DNA of 64,000 nucleotides from Eledone cirrhosa (lineage: Eukaryota): NCBI GenBank assembly GCA_964016885.1, contig OZ024743.1, positions 334,552,001-334,616,000 of the forward strand, written 5' to 3'. Position numbers and translations under genes: made by a program. Positions 54,796 through 64,000 of this stretch are shown here, in pieces (within the stretch, counting starts at the first letter, position 1; the number at the start of each line of letters is the position of its first letter). The notes beneath the pieces are model-generated. The model did not search any database. It was not told the origin of the DNA and saw only the letters and a program-made list of their open reading frames with translations.

Positions 54796-56439
54796 CTGCA
54801 ATGGAAAAAGAAGACATTATATGATCATTAATACTATGTATACAATAATGCGCCTTCAAAACAGACAAATACATATGTACACACTCAACAATGAATATTC
54901 ATGAAAAAGTACGCAAGCAAGGGAAAATGTATATATATATATATAAATATAAATTAGCGAGAATCGCATTTCGGCTATTTGAAATTAGCGAAAAACAACT
55001 TCCGAGATGTGTGGCAAGCGCTCCATAGAACTGAGTGAACTAGAGCAACAACATACGTTAAAAGGCCAAACACTGAGACGATGGTTAAACCATTAACCGC
55101 TGTATTCTGTGTCTGTTCTGCAGACACAGAATACAGCAGTCTTTCTTTGGTTGGAACCCGGTTGAGACCTGAACACCATAAACTGGGTCCCCCTGCACCA
55201 AACCATAATGCGCCGGTGGGTAGGTTGCACAAATAAACATCTGTACACAAACTATGCCTCTCAGACACGGCCCGAATAGACAATAGTAAAGTAGCGCCCA
55301 TAAAATAGTAGTGGAAAACAACCATCATGTGAACGGATAATAAGCCATTTGGGGACATTTATTCAAACACAGGCCAGAGTTACTCCCCTTGCTCTGTGAC
55401 AATAACAACATGCCTGTTTGAACTAAGAATGAACTTTGATGTGATTATCACCTTAAAACCCCTCCTGGGTCCTGTACCGAACACTCTCTAGATTTGCATG
55501 CCCTTGAGAAGCTCTTTTCGGGCAAAACGTACGTAGGTGCTTTTGTATAAACATGTTCTTATATATTCTCCTTTGTAATCCTTTCATTTATATATATATA
55601 TATATATATAGAAAGGATGAATATAAAATGAAAGTGCTTTTTTTAAAAAGGAATTTATTAGGTATTGACATATGATCACTACATTATTGATAACCTGAAA
55701 TTTTATATATATATATATATGTGTGTGTGTGTATATATATATAATGAAGGTGTTCGCTCCAACATAGATAAATTATACGTAATCATAACAATGTATATCA
55801 TATATATATATATATATATATATTATTAAGTGTAAGGAATTCTTTTACAATGGAATTAGCTCGAAGGAGGAAAATACCCCTGAGCCGTGTATAAACTAAT
55901 ATATATGATGAAACACAGATACCAACACATCTGTATATATATTGCAAAAGAAAATTTAGCCAGAATGAAAGATACTAATTATTATACTACAGTTTGTCCA
56001 TATCGATTTAAAATAATAAATCAATAAAGATGTGTTGGTATCTGTGCTTCATCATATATATTAGTTTATATATATATATATATACACTCACATTATATAT
56101 ATATTTCGTTTTGCAAGATTTTTTAATATGAAAACGTGTGTTGAAACATATGTTGTTGTACTTTGGGAGGGTCATACTACCAGTAAAAACACACTCACCA
56201 TTGAGTTTCATTTCAATGTATTATTATAATTTCCTGTCGGTTAGTTTAATAATCCAATAGTTGTTTAGTTGTTGATTGTCATCAAAGCTTTTTCATCACA
56301 CATTCTGTGACCTCCTCAGTCACTACTTTTCTTATTATGTGTCTCTAATTTGTTCAGTTGTACATCCTATTGTACTTTCAAATGCTGCAGTACATTATGT
56401 AACTATCACTGTTTACCATAGCAGCCCCTTACGATGTTA

Positions 56440-57365
56440 ATGAGCGGCAAGTATTTCTTGCTGGTTCTCGAAATTTGTTGGTGGTGGGTGCCGTGTGAGG
56501 TATGCAGACATTGATTTAGAAGCATACAGATCCAAACCCTCACATTAGGCAGCAGGATGTTCATCGTAACATTGTATTTTTCGATCATCGCAGAGTGACT
56601 GGAATTCCCTGCTTACCCAAACTACCGGGAGGTTGACTAAAAAATGCGTCCCTCGAGATTTCTGCCTCAAAAGCTGGTCCATTTACCACGACTGACGGTT
56701 GTTCACCTTAGTGGCCACAAGGAACGTAAAAATATAAACAAAGTGTGCATCAACGCATGTGTTGTTGGACCGTAAGGAACCTATTGTATGGTGAAACATC
56801 TAGTAGGTCTGAACACCACAGTGATCATGTGGCAGTAGATTGTGATCTATATTACTGCCATTTCAGAGACACGTTCGTCTAGGGAGAATCAGTTAATTGA
56901 AATAGAATGTGGCTGTATTTCTTTTTGGCTGGCAAGCTTGAAGCAGGAAAGACTTCACTGATAAGTCGGGCATGATACTTTCTCGCGAACGACCAAATCA
57001 CCAACATTTAATTAATGTTAGGTCTTGATTGTAACGCGTGAGCTAGCTTCGGAAGTTTTAGCAATGAATATCTGTTGGTCGTGTATATCAACTGATATTC
57101 AACTGGCCTTACAATGTACAGCTTGTTCAAACATGTCTTTAACACTCACCAATCAACTGTTCTTCCTCTCCGCTCAAAAGATGGTTTCACTTTGATGAGT
57201 GATACCGTAGCTATTCTGAAGCGATGGTAAGAAGGTGTTGGGGAACTTTCTTCGGCACGTTGTTATCAGCGAAACGGACAATAGTCCTAATATAGAAGAA
57301 TTAAAAACTGCAATTACACATCAATTCAGGTGAAACGCACGGAATTGATGGTGTGGATGCTGGGA
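56440..57365 (+). mobile_element. Highly degenerate LINE (APE to RT linker region, RTE-like)
   Basis: Remnant peptides such as EELKTAI...GIDGVDA; many stops and frameshifts. Confidence 0.4.
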
Positions 57366-58254
57366 TTATTATGCTAGTTCGATCCCACAGTGTAGTATTT
57401 TGCGAAAAATGTCATTTACCACAGCCTAGGGTCGAGTCATCCCTTGTAATTAAAATGGGGCTGATGGAAATAATTTAGAATCACTTCGGATAAACTGTAA
57501 CTGTAAATTAATGAATGGGCAAGACTTGTCGCACGATCTGTTACATTGAATTACCCTGATAATTATTTTATGGGTACACGTGTCTGCGGAATGCTCGGCC
57601 ACTTACATGTTAATTTCATGCGTAGGCTGTTCTGTTGACCGAACAACTGAAGCACTTATCATCGAATTCGACTGAGGTGAATATCATACTTAAATAGCTC
57701 AAGTATGAAAATATTTGCATTATAGAACGCTATACATAATTTTGAAATCAGTTGAATATTAAATCCAAGAACCAACATATATGTAAACTGCACCACATTG
57801 CAAGGTTTGCTATTGAGGACACATTTACTTCATTGAACCTTAATGAAACGAAACCGATATTTTCATACTGAAACGCAGCAAAGATATTTTTAAATTATTC
57901 AGACTTTGCAGGATTAGTATTGATGTTAAAGAAAGAAGTTCTCATCAACCATTTCCCAATCTTTGTTCTGCGTAGGATTACGAACTCAAACTTCCGTTTT
58001 TATTTAAGACAAGAGCAGTTATCTTGATTGTTCTATAGATAGATTATGTTTGTCTTAAATATGTCAACAACATATTTTTTAGTAAATTTTGATACGTACG
58101 TAGGAACTATATCTTATATTTTATAACTTCGGCTCGTACTAATTGCATTAGCAGGAACCGATAAATTCTTTTTTGTGGACGTCATACACATCATAAATGC
58201 CAACAGGAGTAAGGCAATTATATTTAAATTTATTGGCCAGAAAATAAATAAGAT

Positions 58255-58830
58255 GAATTTGTAGACGACATGGTGCTACTCGACAGAGGGCGATCTCCGA
58301 CTTGCACTCGATAGGTTGATGCCGAATACAGCATGGTTAGAATGAAAATCAGTGCTGCGAAAACTGAGACACACGTTCTCTCAAGGAAGCCTTCACTTTA
58401 CATGTGAATGGAGTTCCAGTTAAGCAGATAGAGAAATTCAAGTATCTCGAGGCGTGTTCACGAGTGATGGAAAGCAGGAGGCTGAAATAAGTATAATTGC
58501 AGGAGCTGGTGCAGCAATGCGCCAGCTTCAGCATTCAGTAATCAGAAGAAGGGGGGTAGGCGTAAAAGCCAAACTCGCTGTCTTCAATTCGGTATTTGTG
58601 CCAACCCGTACATGTGGTCATGAAAAAACACGATCGCGAATACAAGCCGCCAAAATGGGGTTTCTTCGAACGCTTCTTGGAGTAACGTTACTCAAAAGGT
58701 CAGAGAGTCTCTCCAAATAGAGACGTTACTTCTCCGAATTGAGAGTTCGCGGTTAGAATGTCCTAGGAAAGAATCGCTGGACAGTTTTTACGGGCAAATC
58801 CAACTGGAACATGTCCCAGCATCCTTAGAC
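58255..58830 (+). mobile_element. RTE-clade LINE RT C-terminal fragment
   Basis: FVDDMVLL...VNGVPVKQIEKFKYL...KAKLAVFNSVFVPTRTCGHE..RSRIQAAKMGFLR; same family as 43005-43480. Confidence 0.8.
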
Positions 58831-59178
58831 AGAAAGTGACAAGACTGGCCCTTCGAATTATAAGTACAACTCATTTTTGCCAGCTGAGTGCACTGTAGCA
58901 GCGTGAATTAAAGAGTCTTGTTCAAGGAGACAGCACACCACCGAGAATGGAACTCACGACTTTACGATCGCGAGCCGAATAGCCTAACCAGAAAATTACG
59001 AACACGACTCCATAAATTGACTACATTACTTAATCTAACGGGTATGTTTTATCATCACCGGAGAAATAATAAAATAACCCGTAAACATTGCCACAAAAGA
59101 CTTCAGTAGCTAACCTACCAATTCAGAGTGGGTAGATCAGCTTCAAAATTAAACATATTAAAATATATATTTCTTTAC

Positions 59179-59310
59179 CACAAAAAGATTCATCCGAGCC
59201 TCTCCAAGTGTTTTTACAATCGTTGTGGCCATCACAGAGAAATTCCTTTTTTATGCATCGAAGGTTTTTTGGGCATACAAATTGTTCTCCTGCTTGACAC
59301 CACAAGGAAC
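59179..59310 (-). CDS. Internal exon encoding an LDL-receptor class A repeat (host gene, first visible exon)
   Basis: Minus strand: poly-T-caag acceptor, 132-nt open exon (G)SLWCQAGEQFVCPKNLRCIKKEFLCDGHNDCKNTWRGSDESFC, G|gtaa donor; six Cys plus CDG..DC..SDE..C pattern; phase 1-1. Confidence 0.9.
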
Positions 59311-59637
59311 CTTGAAAAAAAAAAGTATTTGATAAGTATATGAATATTCAAGCAATGTAATTCGATTTCATAAATAAAAATGCCAGATACACACACATAC
59401 ATGTCAAAATTACTTACACATTGGATTTTATAAAAGCAATTTGATGGTTAGTGGCACTGCTACAAATAACTACTCAATATTAGTATATACTAGAGCATGT
59501 TTATATATATGTGACATATAATCTTACATGGTGCCTGTGTTATTTCGCTAACTATCGTAGCGGACAAAAACAAATATAAACGACTCTCAACAGCAAACAC
59601 AGACATGGCAGAGAGGTTAAGGAGTTCGCTACGCAAC

Positions 59638-59673
<36 letters not shown>

Positions 59674-59841
59674 ATATATATATATGTATATAGATATATT
59701 TTGAAAAGCATTAGAAATGCGCAACCGGTAAAACTTAAAACCAAAACTGAATACTAACCAATACTATTACTAATTTTTTCTTATTCCTAATTAAACTATT
59801 TTTCACTGGGAACAATTTGTCATCATTTTCTTTTCCGTTTA

Positions 59842-59918
<77 letters not shown>

Positions 59919-59933
59919 ATATTTATATATGTA

Positions 59934-60033
<100 letters not shown>

Positions 60034-60253
60034 TAAGAGATTAAAGTTTAAGCAAAGAATCGCTGCTTTCACCCTTAACGGGATCTTCTACAACTAACAA
60101 AGTCAATCTGTGAACGCAGAAGTGAATATTTCAAAAACGTTGCAACCGGAGGAAAGCAAATATTTGCTCTACGGTTCTTCTATATTTGATATATATTTAT
60201 TCTTATCGAGCCCTCTTTGGATTTTAGTCTTCAAATTTATTATTATTACTATA

Positions 60254-60301
<48 letters not shown>

Positions 60302-60322
60302 ATAATAATAAATTTGAATAAT

Positions 60323-60392
<70 letters not shown>

Positions 60393-60434
60393 TTTGAAAC
60401 AGTGAGCAGGTTTGAAATTAGAAAATAGAATACC

Positions 60435-60616
60435 TTTCATCGTATTTTTTTACCAAAGAGATTTTAGTCTGATAACAGGGTTTAGAACCCTCAGATAAAT
60501 GGAAAAAGATGAGTATTGACGTACATGCACGTCAATACTCATCTTTTTCCATTTATCTGAGGGTTATGAACCCCATATCAGACTAAAATCTCTTTGGTAA
60601 AAAAATACGGTGAAAG
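60435..60616. repeat. Spacer-less palindrome of the same family as 36507-36840
   Basis: Arms mirror around gacgtacatgcacgtc (~60525). Confidence 0.85.
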
Positions 60617-60683
60617 CTATATATATATATATAAATATGTGTGTGTGTGAGTGAGTGTGTGTGTATGTCTATCTCGGGCTTTC

Positions 60684-60717
60684 CTGATGATTTCCTTCGA
60701 ATGAAACAGTTCCAGTC
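60684..60717 (+). ncRNA. Hammerhead core inside a 26-bp inverted repeat (60668-60775)
   Basis: CTGATGA-TTTCCTTCGAAT-GAAAC-AGTTCCA-GTC. Confidence 0.55.
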
Positions 60718-60774
60718 CTGTAGAAGCGATTTCTCTATTAATATATATAAAATCATCAGGAAAGTCCGAGATAG

Positions 60775-60881
<107 letters not shown>

Positions 60882-61072
60882 TTAGGTTTGTTGGTTCACC
60901 GCTGGATAGAATTGGTCATTCCGTATGGTCAATCTCGATGTAATATTATGGAGAGTACTCAACGTAGTGCAGTTCACCCGTCTTCATTTGTGTAGTTGGT
61001 GGTGCGAATACAGAGTTAATTATTATAAAATAACAGGATGCTGGACTGGTGTAAATCCTTGAAAGGTTTATT

Positions 61073-61130
61073 ATGCTATGATCATTTCAATGAGCGGGAT
61101 CCATATGAATCCGGTGATATCATCAGGTAT
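61073..61130 (-). ncRNA. Type I hammerhead motif (family of 1800-1858)
   Basis: ATAC-CTGATGA-...GGATTCATATGGATCC...-GAAA-TGATCA-TA-GCAT. Confidence 0.6.
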
Positions 61131-61986
61131 TCGAAATATAACAAAGGAACATAACAGATAAAATCCATGGGGCCGAAAATCCAAGACAAGAGGACGACTG
61201 ACCAACTATCTGCTTTCACATCAGTCAGTCGCCTTCAAGTATATATATGTATATATATATATATATGTCTGTGTGCGTGCGTACGTGTGTGTGTGAGTGT
61301 GTGTTGATGTTTACGTTTCTGTTTGTCTCTGTTTATGGCCAATAATTTAGCGGTTCGACAAAACAGAATTCGATGAATTGAAATTAATGAAACCATCTGC
61401 TGAAGCTCTGCAGTAACTACTAGCTCCAAGATATAATAGATATAATTGGATCAGTTCAGCAAGAAATATTGTCCTTTGAGAAACAGCGAATATATAGAAA
61501 CTGGATGATACGTGGACGCAGGATTCTCAAAAGGTTAAGGATTTTGCTTCGCAATAATTAGGCCCGGAGTTCGAACCCTCAGCGGGGTATTTTAGGAAAG
61601 TGTCATTTACCCTAGCTCCATGTCGACCCATGCCATGTGAGTGAAACTAGCTAGAAGGATGTTATTCTAATTCAAATGGCTAGACTTTTTATACGCTGTT
61701 ATACTGAATCTCCCTGAGAATTACGTTAAAAATACACGCTTCTGTGGAATACTCAGCCGCTTACATTTACATTTTAGGGGCAGGCTATTCCAGTGTTTGA
61801 TCAACTCGAACACTCATCCTCGAAACCGACGCTGGTCCATTCCATGAATGATATGATTTATTCAGTTGCAGTATTAGGTTAATAGGACATGATTCAAGTC
61901 TATCTACCCACCAAAAGAAACGAGAAGAAAATATATAAAACTGGAAAAAATATCGATGAAAAAGTCTATTGTTAGTTGATATTATG

Positions 61987-62150
61987 GGGCGGTGGATTGG
62001 CAGCATCGGTAGAGGGTCGGGCGCCATGATTTATGGTCTGAGTTCAAATCTCGCCGAGATTAACTTTGTCTTTCATCCTTACAGGGTCGATAAAATAAAG
62101 TACCAGTAATACACTGGGATAATTGCTGGCCTTGTGCCAAAAGTAGAAAC
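61987..62150 (+). mobile_element. Major-family SINE
   Basis: gggcggtggattggcagcatcggtagagggtcgg...gagttcaaatc. Confidence 0.8.
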
Positions 62151-62184
62151 AATTATGAGGGGAATTATCAACGAAAAACAATTT

Positions 62185-62735
62185 ATATATCCCGTTCTAT
62201 TTCCGGCGATCGCAATTCCCGGTGAGACCATGTTTTGCCATGTCCATTAACATGACACAAGAGCAAACATTTTCGGTGGCGGGCATCCATTTGGGCGAGC
62301 CATGCTACTCTCATGGCCAACTTTATGTTGCCTGTTCCCGCGTAGGGAGCAGGAATGGACTTTTTGCTTACACTCCTCAAGGGATGACACGCAATATCGT
62401 CTACAAAGAGGTGCTATAGATGTTGGTACAGGTGTTGGAGGTGTTGGAGCTATGCCGTCTGGAAAACTGGTAGGGTCACTCATGGCGGATAGATCTGACA
62501 CCCAGCGGCATCAGGGCCACAATATTGCAGCTTTGGTCACCTAAATTCGCTATTGGAAGATTATTAACCCATCATTGATTGTTCAAAATGCTAATTGGTT
62601 CGTAACTTTTAATAACCGGTTCAACTGCTTTATGCACTTAATTGATAAGCTTATTCGCTTTCAAGCCACGTTTACCTGTATGTAACTTTTCATAGCAAAT
62701 GAACAAACCCGAGCAACGCCGGGTTAAACTGCTAC
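62185..62735 (+). mobile_element. Helitron 3' end: Pif1-type helicase C-terminus plus terminal hairpin
   Basis: PFYFRRSQFPVRPCFAMSIN...SHGQLYVACSRVG...TRNIVYKEVL*; hairpin AACCCG-agcaacgc-CGGGTT (62706-62725) followed by CTAC, a decayed CTAG. Confidence 0.85.
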
Positions 62736-63211
62736 TAAGCTATAAACCTAAAAATTAATTACTCAGAATTGTTTAGCCTACTTAAAGGAACATCTGATCT
62801 TTTATTTGCGGAAAAGAGGATAGCCAGGGACACATATTGGTTTACATAGTTCCATTCACACAACATAGTTTGTGTTAAGGTAGCAGTATTTTATCTATAT
62901 AGTCGGAAAATTGAAATATATACGAGGTAAAATAATGCATATCAAATTAATATGTAAAATTAATAAATTAGCAATTATAAGAAATATCACAATTTAACTT
63001 ATGAGTTGCAATGGAAATTATGGCGTAGCTGTTATAGCGGTTGTCCCTGGCCATTTTCCGCCATTGTGTCCGCGAGGGCACGGCTGAGACACCGTCCAGA
63101 AGAGAGCAGTATCTGTTCCTCGCCCTCTCGCATTTTTCGTTGTTTGATCGTTTTTCCTTTTTCTTCGTTTCTTTTCCTTTTTTCTTCCCTTTCTGTTCTC
63201 TTTAATAGAGA

Positions 63212-63813
63212 TTTCTCAATTAGGCACAAGGCCAACACTTTTTGGGGCAGGGAAAGTCGATTAAATCGATCCAGTGTGTGACTGGTACTTTATTTCATCG
63301 ACCCCGTAAGGATGAAAAACAAACCTAACCTCGGTGGGATTTTGAAATAGTGTGCTTTGTTTTTAATAGATACTGCTCAAATATATTTATCAGATTATAT
63401 TCTATTGGATGGTGTGGCTCGATTTATATTCCCTATACATAAAGAAAGGATGGGATGGACCATCTAGAAGACTGGTCATTGATTGGCTGAATTAAAGCCG
63501 AATTATGGCTAAATACGCTATTACTCAACAAACTGTAAAAGGTTTATAGTTTAACGTTGTTGTTACTTTTGTTTTATATCAGATTAGTCAAGTAAACCAA
63601 TAATTGTTTCTACTATAGGCCAGCAGTTTTGGGGGATGGGAAAGTCGATTAAATCGAGTCCAGTGCATTACTGGTGCTTTACTTTCTCGACCCCGTAAGG
63701 ATGAAAGGCAAAGCTAACCTCGGCGGGATTTGAACCCAGAACGTAAATTACCGTAACTATATGCCGTAAAGCATATTGCTCGGCGCTCTAACGACTCTGC
63801 CAATCCACCGCCC
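63212..63813 (-). mobile_element. Two major-family SINE copies (63212-63345 and 63603-63813)
   Basis: Standard SINE body including the ggaaagtcgattaaatcg segment. Confidence 0.8.
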
Positions 63814-64000
63814 TAAGCAAACCAATAATAAACATGTATCTCAACCATGAAAAAATCCCCTCATTTATTTGTTTCTCTGACCTAGTGCATCAGATTATAT
63901 TAACCAATGAACTGCGACTAAGAACAGGTTTTACCTTTGATGTTTTAGTCAAACGTTTGTATATTATAGTAACAGACCTCTCAAATCTTGCCGCCCGACG

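Overview
AT-rich, repeat-dominated eukaryotic (metazoan) genomic DNA; the SINE families and huge (TA)n/(CA)n load suggest an octopus/cephalopod genome (inference). The only host-gene signal I can support is three phase 1-1 LDL-receptor class A exons on the minus strand (59310-59179, 54795-54667, 51608-51492). The rest is repeats: a ~9.3 kb 48-bp satellite with a 2780-bp higher-order duplication, a 31-bp minisatellite, many tRNA-derived SINEs, and fragments of RTE, HERO-like and CRE-like LINEs and a Helitron. The most striking structure is a set of elements inserted in (TA)n tracts. They are often folded back into long palindromes, and they include two different Penelope-like GIY-YIG endonuclease fragments and more than a dozen type I hammerhead-ribozyme motifs from several families. 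One is a retrozyme-like 469-bp hammerhead-bearing unit arrayed in tandem and then inverted (26870-28956). All calls were made by eye; no database searches were run.
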